The notes under the pieces were generated by a model. That model saw only the letters and a program-made list of their open reading frames with translations. It did no database searches and was not told where the DNA came from. DNA of 61,705 nucleotides, counting the filler. It is 9 parts of 9 records of this genome, joined end to end, with 100 filler letters (N's around TTAATTAATTAA, not from the genome) between each part and the next. Parts side by side here need not be neighbours in the genome. Positions count along the whole stretch, not along the records: positions 1 to 5,472 come from SRR31156797_50728; positions 5,573 to 11,554 come from SRR31156797_50774; 7 more parts are not named here. The stretch is one strand, 5' to 3'. The translations under genes were made by a program, and so were the position numbers. How positions within the stretch are numbered: the stretch's first letter is position 1; every line of letters begins with the position of its first letter. Positions 1-7,570 of this stretch are shown here, one piece after another.

Positions 1-843
1 ACCCGTGTCAACCGGATATCCGGTGGTGGGATCGATGATGTGGGAGTAGGATTTGTTGTCGAGGGTGATAAAGTTCCGGTAGTCTCCGCTGGTGGCAAGG
101 GCCTTGTCCCTGAGCTGGATCGACCGGTAGAGGGTGCGGACGGCGGAGCCTTTTTCCGGCCGTGAAATTCCCACGGTCCAGGGGTGGTTGCCGGGCTTGG
201 CACCCCTGGCATATACCTCTCCCCCGATTTCAACGATAAAACTGTCGAAGCCGGATTCCTCGATCAGCCGGGCCACGGCATCGACCCCGAACCCCTTGGC
301 AATGGAGCCAAGGTCCAGGGTGACCCCGGCCTCCTTTTTTTGAAGGGCGTTGTCATGGATGTCGATCTTGTGAAATCCGGTCTGTGTCAACAGGGCGGTG
401 ATCTCTTCCGGGCCAGGCAGTGTGGTCCGGGCCTCCTTTGTGCCAAAGCCCCAGAAGTCCACCAGGGGTTTCAGGGTGCCGTCCCAGGCTCCGCCGGTCA
501 GGTCGTACAGCCGGCTTGCCTGGCCCATGACCAGGGCAAAATCGGGGGATATGGTGAACCGGATATTTTTTTCGGACCGGTTGAACCGTGAAAGTTCACT
601 TGTGGGTGAAAACATGGACATGCTCTGGTTGACCATGGCGAGCCTTGCGTCGATGCGCTTTTTCAACAGGGCGGTATCAACGCTCCGGTCCCCCATCACC
701 GTGACGGCATAGGTGGTGCCCATGGTGAAGCCGGTGATCCGGTGCTTTTGAAGGGCTCCGGCCTGGGCGGAAGCACCGCCCGTAAGAAGGGGAATGGCTG
801 ACAGAAAAACAAGGGTAAGCAGGATTTTTTTTAAATGGGTCAT
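1..843 (-). CDS. apbE: FAD:protein FMN transferase (ApbE family), 3' end cut off by the window edge; absent from the supplied ORF track
   Basis: Manual translation from ATG at 843 gives a signal peptide (MTHLKKILLTLVFLS...) then ApbE motifs TMGTTY, DLGSIAKGFGVD, VEIGGE, ATSGDYRN and HIIDPTTGYP. It lies downstream of the rnf genes. Confidence 0.93.
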   Translation of the reverse strand, partial: MTHLKKILLTLVFLSAIPLLTGGASAQAGALQKHRITGFTMGTTYAVTVMGDRSVDTALLKKRIDARLAMVNQSMSMFSPTSELSRFNRSEKNIRFTISPDFALVMGQASRLYDLTGGAWDGTLKPLVDFWGFGTKEARTTLPGPEEITALLTQTGFHKIDIHDNALQKKEAGVTLDLGSIAKGFGVDAVARLIEESGFDSFIVEIGGEVYARGAKPGNHPWTVGISRPEKGSAVRTLYRSIQLRDKALATSGDYRNFITLDNKSYSHIIDPTTGYPVDTG

Positions 844-880
844 GAAATCTTCTATTTTTGTTACAGGTCCATAAATAAGG

Positions 881-914
881 AGGCAGAGAACCTGAAATAA
901 CAGGTCCTCTGCCT
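881..914. terminator. Hairpin between the cNMP-domain gene and apbE (putative terminator)
   Basis: AGGCAGAGAACCTG-aaataa-CAGGTCCTCTGCCT, a 14-bp stem with one mismatch. Confidence 0.55.
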
Positions 915-1001
915 TGATTTGTCAATACGTTTTATAGCTCTCCCCATTCGAATGAAGCCGACAGGCAGCCTTCAATCCGAGTGTGAACACCTATAAACGT
1001 G

Positions 1002-1499
1002 TTACCAGGAGTTCATCATTTCAATGCCCATGAATTTAACCACCTGGTCCTGGAATTGTTTCATGCGGAAACCAACCACCTGGAGCAGGTATTTCATCAG
1101 CTTGTAGCCGATGGCGGTGTCGCTCTCCATGAGGTTGGTCAGCGCGGTTCTGTTGATCTTGATGATGGTGCACTTCCTTGAGGTGCAAAAGGCGGACAGC
1201 CTCATTTTGTAAGGAGGTATGAAGCATGACCAGCCAAAAACCTGGGATTCCGGAACCACATGGTCATGGGAGCTGATGGTGGAATCGTCCGTGGGACGCT
1301 TTGCCACGGGCATCTCAAACCTCAGGTCCACCTGGCCCTGGGTCACGATCCACATGTGCCTTGCGGGCTCACCCTCGGCAAACAACCGTTCATCCCGCTG
1401 AAATTCCTCTTCGGAGCAGAGTTCCTGAATCTTTACCAGCTCTTCGTCTGTCAGTTCTTTAAAAATCTCAAGGCTTTCGAGTGTTTCAAGACTTGTCAT
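1002..1499 (-). CDS. Stand-alone cyclic-nucleotide-binding (Crp-type effector) domain protein
   Basis: LEIFKELTDEEL..., LFAEGEPARHMWIVTQGQV and VFGWSC match the cNMP beta-barrel pattern. At 165 aa it has no C-terminal HTH. AGGAGG RBS present. Confidence 0.85.
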   Translation of the reverse strand: MTSLETLESLEIFKELTDEELVKIQELCSEEEFQRDERLFAEGEPARHMWIVTQGQVDLRFEMPVAKRPTDDSTISSHDHVVPESQVFGWSCFIPPYKMRLSAFCTSRKCTIIKINRTALTNLMESDTAIGYKLMKYLLQVVGFRMKQFQDQVVKFMGIEMMNSW

Positions 1500-1526
1500 G
1501 GTGTTACCTCCTTTTGAAAACAGCTG

Positions 1527-3599
1527 TTATGCGGTTTTGATGTCAGGGTTGTAACATAACCTGCAACAGTTGAGACATCTGCTTGCTTCCTTGAGCGCCT
1601 CCTTCTCGGGAAGTACGAGATCCACCTCCACAAACGAGTCGAGCCGCTTGTCAACCGGGAGTTCCGGCATCTTGGCACGCTTTCTGGGGGTGATGCCCTT
1701 GACCGTGGTGAAGATGGACTCCTTGATTCTCCGGTGTTGGAGGGAATCAATCACGGGTTCGACCTTCTCGCCCTTGAGAAAGAGATCGATGGACCGGGCG
1801 GCCCTTCTGCCGCCGCCGATTGCGTCAACAACCAGGGAGGGGCCTGTTGCGGCGTCGCCTGCCGTGAACACGTAGGGGATGGTGGACTGAAGGGTTTCGG
1901 GGTTGTTTTCAATGGTGTTCCACCGGGTGAGCTCCAGCTCCGCCATCCTGGGATGGGGATCCTGCTTGAAGCTGGCTTCCGGGGACTGGCCAATGGCGGT
2001 GACAATGGTATCCACCTCAAGAAGGGTCTCGGAGCCTTCGACGGGCTCCGGCCTTCGACGGCCTGAGGCATCGGGTTCGCCAAGCTCCATCCTGAGGTAC
2101 TCGAGGTGAGTGACATGGTCTTTATCGTTGCCGATCACCTTGGTGGGAGCGGCAAGGAAGACAAATTCAACACCCTCTTCCTCGGAGGCGACAATTTCCA
2201 CCTCGTTGGCCGGCATCTCTTTCCGGGTTCGCCTGTAGACCATGTAGACCTTTTCGAGTCCAAGCCTCAGCATGGTCCTGGCGCAGTCCACGGCGGTGTT
2301 GCCGCCGCCGATGACGGCCGCGGTCTTTCCAAGGTCGAGCTGTTCGCCGCCGGCCCTTCTGGAAAGCATGTCGATGCCGGTATAGCACCCTTCAAGGTCT
2401 TCACCGGGGATGCCCAGCTCATAATCCTGCCATGCGCCGACACCGAGGAATACGGCGTTGTAGCCTGCCGCCATCAGGGAACCAAGCCCGAAGTCCACAC
2501 CGAATTTCACGTGGTTGTAGCTCTTGATGCCCAGGTTGAGAATGCCTTCGATCTCCCAGTCCAGTACCTCGTCGGGGAGCCTGTACTCCGGAATACCGTA
2601 GCGGATCATACCGCCGAGTTTCGGCATGCTCTCGAAGATGGAGACCTCATGGCCCAGCCGTCTCAGGAAGTAGGCGCAGCTGAGGCCCGAGGGGCCGGAG
2701 CCCACGACGGCCACTTTTTTACCGGTGTCCGGTGCGCACTTGATGGGGATCCGGGTGCCCGAGAGCATCTCGTAATCGGCGACAAACCGTTTGAGCTGGT
2801 TGATGGAGACCGGCTCGTCTTCAATGCCCCTGCGGCATTCAGATTCGCAGGGATGGGGGCATACACGGCCGCAGGAGAGCAGCAGGGGATTTCGCATGCG
2901 GATGGTCTGGACCGCACCCAGGTAGTCTCCGCGCTTGATCTGGGAGATATACTGGGGGATGTTGATCTCCGCCGGGCAGGTCTGGGCGCAGGGGGCCAGG
3001 GGGTCGTGCTTCTGGTTGAACTTGAGCAGCTTCTCGGACATGCTCCTGACCTCGATGATATCCTTGGGGCATGCCTTCATGCAGGCGCCGCAGCCCACAC
3101 ATTTGTTGTCGTCCACCACCGGGTGTCCGTCACTGCCCATGGTGACCGCGTCGAAATTGCAGGCCTTGACGCAATCGCCAAGTCCGATGCATCCGATGTG
3201 GCAATCCCGCATGCCGCCGAAGACCACGGACATGGCCTTGCAGGAGGTGACACCCATGTAATGGTACTTGTTCGTGGCCCGGGTGCCGCCTTCACACATA
3301 TTGTAGGCCTGGTGGGGTTCCGCGGTTCCCGGATCCAATCCCATGACGGCAGCGACATTGGCGATGCCTTCCGGGCTTGAGATCACGCAGACACTCGGCA
3401 ATGCCTTGCCTGTGACCACGGCTTCGGCAGCGGCGCTGCATCCGGCATAGCCGCATCCGCCGCAGTTGGCGCCGGCGAGGTTCTCCTCCACCAGGGCGAT
3501 CCTGGGATCTTCATACACATGGAATATCTTGGAGGCGAAGCTGAGGACAATGCCGCAGGCGCCGCCAAGGCCTAACATGAAAATTAGTGCTTCCGTCAT
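1527..3599 (-). CDS. rnfB: RnfB fused to a GltD/NfnB-like FAD/NAD(P)H oxidoreductase
   Basis: N-terminal TM helix, ANCGGCGYAGC and two CxxCxxCxxxC(P)-type ferredoxin motifs (RnfB part). Then PCAQTCP...CGRVCPHPCESEC, GSGPSG, GGGNTAVD, YRRT and EASRCLNC (GltD-like part). Follows rnfA. Confidence 0.9.
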   Translation of the reverse strand: MTEALIFMLGLGGACGIVLSFASKIFHVYEDPRIALVEENLAGANCGGCGYAGCSAAAEAVVTGKALPSVCVISSPEGIANVAAVMGLDPGTAEPHQAYNMCEGGTRATNKYHYMGVTSCKAMSVVFGGMRDCHIGCIGLGDCVKACNFDAVTMGSDGHPVVDDNKCVGCGACMKACPKDIIEVRSMSEKLLKFNQKHDPLAPCAQTCPAEINIPQYISQIKRGDYLGAVQTIRMRNPLLLSCGRVCPHPCESECRRGIEDEPVSINQLKRFVADYEMLSGTRIPIKCAPDTGKKVAVVGSGPSGLSCAYFLRRLGHEVSIFESMPKLGGMIRYGIPEYRLPDEVLDWEIEGILNLGIKSYNHVKFGVDFGLGSLMAAGYNAVFLGVGAWQDYELGIPGEDLEGCYTGIDMLSRRAGGEQLDLGKTAAVIGGGNTAVDCARTMLRLGLEKVYMVYRRTRKEMPANEVEIVASEEEGVEFVFLAAPTKVIGNDKDHVTHLEYLRMELGEPDASGRRRPEPVEGSETLLEVDTIVTAIGQSPEASFKQDPHPRMAELELTRWNTIENNPETLQSTIPYVFTAGDAATGPSLVVDAIGGGRRAARSIDLFLKGEKVEPVIDSLQHRRIKESIFTTVKGITPRKRAKMPELPVDKRLDSFVEVDLVLPEKEALKEASRCLNCCRLCYNPDIKTA

Positions 3600-3664
3600 A
3601 ATAACCTCATCTCAAAGGTTTATTTTTTTATGTACCTTCTTTTATAACACCTGACGTTCAAAGT

Positions 3665-4240
3665 TTAAACCATTCCTTTGAATGCATAGAAGGAAAGGGC
3701 GATCATTCCCGCGGTGACAAGACCCAGGGAAGTGTCCTGGAGCGGCTGGGGCACCCTTGCAATATTGGTGCGCTCCCTGAGACCCGCAAAAAGCACCAGG
3801 GCAAGGCCGAATCCGATGGCGTAGCTGAAGGAAGCCACGATGGCCTGGAGAAAGGTGTACTCCTCCTTGATGTTGATGAGACAGGCACCCATGACCGCAC
3901 AGTTCGTGGTGATCAGGGGCAGGAAGATGCCGAGGCCCGCATAAAGGGTCGGAATGCTCTTCTTGAGGAACATCTCAACAAACTGTACCAGGGAGGCGAT
4001 TACCAGAATAAAAGCGAGGGTCCGCAGGTATTCGATGTTCAGGGGTTTCAAAAGATAGGTGTCGGTGATCCAGGTAATGATCCCCGCCATGACCAGTACA
4101 AACACAACGGCCATGCTCATGCCCGCGGCGGTTTCCATCTTCTTGGAGGTGCCGAGAAAGGGGCAGTTGCCGAGGAACTGGGCAAGGAGGATGTTGTTTA
4201 CAAATATGCAGCTGATGGCAAGAACAAAATAGTCAGTCAT
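3665..4240 (-). CDS. rnfA: Rnf electron transport complex subunit A
   Basis: NNILLAQFLGNCPFLG and GIFLPLITTNCAV motifs; hydrophobic; operon order G-E-A-B. Confidence 0.95.
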   Translation of the reverse strand: MTDYFVLAISCIFVNNILLAQFLGNCPFLGTSKKMETAAGMSMAVVFVLVMAGIITWITDTYLLKPLNIEYLRTLAFILVIASLVQFVEMFLKKSIPTLYAGLGIFLPLITTNCAVMGACLINIKEEYTFLQAIVASFSYAIGFGLALVLFAGLRERTNIARVPQPLQDTSLGLVTAGMIALSFYAFKGMV

Positions 4241-4251
4241 TGCAAGGCTCC

Positions 4252-4845
4252 TTATTTTTTACCTATGAGGTTCATCAGGCAGAGCATGAGCCCAAGGCAT
4301 ACAAAGGCGCCGGGCGCCTGAACCATGAAGGTGAAGGGTTGAAAATCGGGCCCGAACACGGGGACACCAAGGATGGTGCCGGATCCCAGGCTCTCCCGGA
4401 CGGCGCCCAGGGCGCCCAGGGACAGGGTGAATCCGATACCCATGCCAAGACCGTCGGCAATGGCCAGATGGGGGGCGTTCTTACCTGCAAACGCTTCGGC
4501 GCGGCCCAGCACGATACAGTTAACAACGATGAGTGGGATGAAGATACCGAGCTTGAGAAAAAGCTCATAGGTAAAGGCCTGCATCAACAATTCAACGATA
4601 GTTACAAAGGTGGCGATAATGACGATGTAACAGGCGATCCTCACCTTTGTGGGAATGATATTTCTCAACAGGCTGACAAGGAAGTTTGAGCAGAGAAGTA
4701 CAAAGGTCGTTGCCATGCCCATTCCGACTCCGTTTTCAACGCTATTGGTGACAGCGAGCACGGGACAGAGTCCCAGTACCAGTCTGAACGGGGGGAGCTC
4801 GGCCCAGAGTCCTTTAGTGAATTCTTTTGCCAATGATTGAGCCAT
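4252..4845 (-). CDS. rnfE: Rnf electron transport complex subunit E
   Basis: LGLCPVLAVT and FIPLIVVNCIVLGRAEAFA motifs. Confidence 0.95.
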   Translation of the reverse strand: MAQSLAKEFTKGLWAELPPFRLVLGLCPVLAVTNSVENGVGMGMATTFVLLCSNFLVSLLRNIIPTKVRIACYIVIIATFVTIVELLMQAFTYELFLKLGIFIPLIVVNCIVLGRAEAFAGKNAPHLAIADGLGMGIGFTLSLGALGAVRESLGSGTILGVPVFGPDFQPFTFMVQAPGAFVCLGLMLCLMNLIGKK

Positions 4846-4857
4846 AACTATTATCTC

Positions 4858-5454
4858 CTAATTGGCCAAATTGGTGATCTGGTTGTTGATTTCGGGTTTC
4901 AGCTTTGCATAGAGCTCCTGGGCCTTTGTTGCCGCAATACAGACACCCTTGGAGGTGATGGTGGCGCCGGACATGGCATCGATATCGCCGCCGTCGCTCT
5001 TGACCGCAAAACCATTTTCAAGGGACAGACCGTCGAACTGGGCGACAAAGGACGGATCATCCTTGGCCCGGGAACCCACGCCCGGGGTTTCGCTGTGGGT
5101 GGTTACCCTTACGCCGATGACGGTGTCGTCCTCGAGGCTGATGCCGACCATGAGGCCGATTGCGCCTTCAAATCCCTTGCCCTTTGTCTCAAATGCGACG
5201 GCATAGGGCTTTCCGTCCTGTTTGCCGACAAAGAAGGTGTTCTCCGCGCCATCTTCGTCTGTCAGTTTGAAGCGGTCCTGTAAGGGATCGTTGGAAACGT
5301 CGCTGAGAATGGCCTTGATCGCCGGCGCCTTCTGAAACTTGAGAACCTGATTTTCAATCCGAACCTGTGTATTGCTTCTGACGGTGGCAAGCAGACCGCC
5401 TGAAAAGGCGCTAAGAACCGTCAGGACAACAACCATGCTTATCATTTCACGCAT
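4858..5454 (-). CDS. rnfG: Rnf electron transport complex subunit G (covalent FMN)
   Basis: N-terminal TM anchor, HSETPGVG and the FMN attachment motif DAMSGATITS. Confidence 0.95.
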   Translation of the reverse strand: MREMISMVVVLTVLSAFSGGLLATVRSNTQVRIENQVLKFQKAPAIKAILSDVSNDPLQDRFKLTDEDGAENTFFVGKQDGKPYAVAFETKGKGFEGAIGLMVGISLEDDTVIGVRVTTHSETPGVGSRAKDDPSFVAQFDGLSLENGFAVKSDGGDIDAMSGATITSKGVCIAATKAQELYAKLKPEINNQITNLAN

Positions 5455-5472
5455 TGTTCACACCCTTTCCCA

Positions 5473-5572
5473 NNNNNNNNNNNNNNNNNNNNNNNNNNNN
5501 NNNNNNNNNNNNNNNNTTAATTAATTAANNNNNNNNNNNNNNNNNNNNNNNNNNNNNNNNNNNNNNNNNNNN
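5473..5572. other. Artificial contig linker
   Basis: 100 nt of N with a central TTAATTAATTAA; base composition changes sharply across it. Confidence 0.99.
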
Positions 5573-5716
5573 CCAGATGGAAGTGAATATATTCAAGAAG
5601 ATATTATTGCTGATATTAATGAATATAAAACTATTGGTAAAACTTTAGCTCAAACTTTTATTGACCAAGGTGCAAAAGAGTTACTAGCACGAGCAGAAAA
5701 AGTAGCATTTGCATAG
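5573..5716 (+). CDS. hemC: Porphobilinogen deaminase, C-terminal fragment (5' end cut off by the contig edge)
   Basis: Translates PDGSEYIQEDIIADINEYKTIGKTLAQTFIDQGAKELLARAEKVAFA*, matching the HemC C-terminal pattern (PDGS...G..LA....GA.ELL). Confidence 0.75.
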   Translation, partial: PDGSEYIQEDIIADINEYKTIGKTLAQTFIDQGAKELLARAEKVAFA

Positions 5717-5746
5717 CATTTTTAAGGGCTTTTTGCCCTTTATGCT
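5715..5746 (+). terminator. Putative intrinsic terminator after hemC
   Basis: AGCAT..AAGGGC-ttttt-GCCCTT..ATGCT hairpin directly after the stop codon. Confidence 0.55.
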
Positions 5747-5847
5747 TAGTTACTTCTCAAATTAAAAAAATCCCAAGTAAAATAGTAAATTTACTAGATT
5801 TTCCCTATATATTTTTGTATTATTAATTATTAAATTAAGGAGATAAT

Positions 5848-6390
5848 ATGAGAATAAAACCAGAAAATTCAATCTTTGTACAAGTAGATATCCAAGAAAA
5901 ACTATTCCCACATATTTCAAATAATGAAGAGTTAGAAAAGAACTTACAGATTTTAATCAAAGGATTAAAATTGCATGAAGTTCCTGTTATTGTAAATGAA
6001 CAATATAAAAAAGGTATTGGTGAAACAATTCCTAGTATTCAAGAACTAACAAAAGATTATCCTCACTTTGAAAAAACAACATTCTCTTGTTGTGGAAATG
6101 AAGATGGATTAAATGCAATTAAAGCAAGTGGTAGAGATACTGTTATTTTAGCAGGTATTGAAACTCATGTTTGTGTTTTACAAACGGCAATTGATTTATT
6201 AGAAGAGGGCTTTAAAGTTGTATTAGTAACTGATTGCGTTAACTCAAGAAAAGAGAAAGATAAAGAGATGGCAATAACTAGACTTGTTCAAGCAGGTGCT
6301 ATTCCAACTACTTATGAATCATTATTATTTGAGCTAACAGTAAATGCAAAACACCCTGTATTTAAAGAAATCTCAAAGCTTGTAAAGTAG
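5848..6390 (+). CDS. Isochorismatase-family cysteine hydrolase (YcaC-like)
   Basis: VDIQEKLFP, EQYKKGIGET, EKTTFSCCG and GIETHVCVLQT motifs; AAGGAG RBS. Confidence 0.92.
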   Translation: MRIKPENSIFVQVDIQEKLFPHISNNEELEKNLQILIKGLKLHEVPVIVNEQYKKGIGETIPSIQELTKDYPHFEKTTFSCCGNEDGLNAIKASGRDTVILAGIETHVCVLQTAIDLLEEGFKVVLVTDCVNSRKEKDKEMAITRLVQAGAIPTTYESLLFELTVNAKHPVFKEISKLVK

Positions 6391-6448
6391 CCTAGGCTGC
6401 TTTACTTAAGAAGATAAAAAACTATTTATTTACTAAATTTTACAATTT

Positions 6449-6457
6449 TGTTATAAT
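6449..6457 (+). promoter_or_regulatory. Extended -10 promoter element for the luxP-like operon
   Basis: TGTTATAAT (TGnTATAAT) 21 nt upstream of the ATG, the typical Campylobacterota sigma70 element. Confidence 0.6.
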
Positions 6458-6478
6458 ATTTTATATTAAAGGCAAAAT

Positions 6479-7570
6479 ATGAAATATCTTCCAAAAATTT
6501 TACTACTTTTTTTTATGCTTACTACTTTAAATGCAACTAATAGTGAGTATTATCAAGTTAAAGAATATCTAGAAAAAAATAAACAAGAATACAAATACAA
6601 TGAGTTTAAAAGAACTGTAAAAGAGAATGCACAGGCTTTAGAGAAAAAGAATAAAAAAATAAAAGTTGTACTTGTGTATCCTGCAAATCAGATTTCTGAT
6701 TATTGGAGAAAAAGTAAAATCTCTTTTGAAAAAAGATTAAAAGAGTTAAATATAGATTATGACTTAATTGAGTTCTTTTCAAAACCTGCAATTGAAATTA
6801 AAGAGCAATCAAAACATTTAATGAAAGCATTAAAACTAAATCCTGACTATCTTATTTTTACCCTTGATGCTAATAAACATAAAAAGTTTATAGAAAGAAT
6901 TATTAGTAAAAGAAAAACAAAACTTATTTTACAAAATATAACAACTCCTATAAAAGCATGGGGAGAGAGACAACCTTTTATTTATGTTGGTTTTGATCAT
7001 TATAAGGGAAGTAAACTTTTAGCCGATTATTATATTAAACAGACAAATGGAAAAGGTAATTATGCTGTTTTATATGGTTCAAAAGGGTATGTTAGTTTTA
7101 TGAGAGGAAATAAATTCGTAGACTATATTAGGAAAAACTCTGAATTAAAAGTAATACATGAATACTATACTGATGTAAATAAAGAGAAAGCAAAGAATGC
7201 AACACTAGATTTACTTAATAGAGATAGTAATATAAAGTTTATCTATGCTTGTACAACTGATATTGCAATGGGAGCAATAGAAGCATTAAAAGAAAAAAAT
7301 TTATTAGGTAAAATAAAAGTAAATGGCTGGGGTGGAGGCTTTAAAGAGTTAGAAGCTATCGAAAAAGGTGAGCTTGATATAACTGTTATGAGAATGAATG
7401 ATGATAATGGTGTAGCAATGGCAGAAGCAATTAAGTTTGATATCTCTAATCAATCATATATGATTCCAACTATTTACTCAGGAGAGTTTGCCCTAGTAGA
7501 TAACAACATAGATAAAACTGAGTTAGAGAATTTAAAAAATATAGCTTTTAGGTATACAAAAGATGATTAA
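6479..7570 (+). CDS. luxP: LuxP-like periplasmic autoinducer-2 binding protein
   Basis: Signal peptide, then segments closely matching Vibrio LuxP as recalled: VYPANQISDYW, DYLIFTLD, TKLILQNITTP, QPFIYVGFDH, FIYACTTDIA, NGWGGG, DITVMRMNDD, AMAEAIK, PTIYSGEF, AFRY. Confidence 0.92.
   Translation: MKYLPKILLLFFMLTTLNATNSEYYQVKEYLEKNKQEYKYNEFKRTVKENAQALEKKNKKIKVVLVYPANQISDYWRKSKISFEKRLKELNIDYDLIEFFSKPAIEIKEQSKHLMKALKLNPDYLIFTLDANKHKKFIERIISKRKTKLILQNITTPIKAWGERQPFIYVGFDHYKGSKLLADYYIKQTNGKGNYAVLYGSKGYVSFMRGNKFVDYIRKNSELKVIHEYYTDVNKEKAKNATLDLLNRDSNIKFIYACTTDIAMGAIEALKEKNLLGKIKVNGWGGGFKELEAIEKGELDITVMRMNDDNGVAMAEAIKFDISNQSYMIPTIYSGEFALVDNNIDKTELENLKNIAFRYTKDD

Noticed and set aside
134-925. Short ORFs 134-343, 184-591, 398-712 and 677-925
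   Set aside because: Shadow or alternative frames of apbE on the minus strand.
2106-3380. 424-aa plus-strand ORF
   Set aside because: Antisense to the rnfB fusion in GC-rich DNA; no motifs.
5447-5472. Possible last codons of rnfD (..GKGVNNA*) overlapping the rnfG start
   Set aside because: Expected from operon order, but only about 8 codons are visible, too few to support a call.
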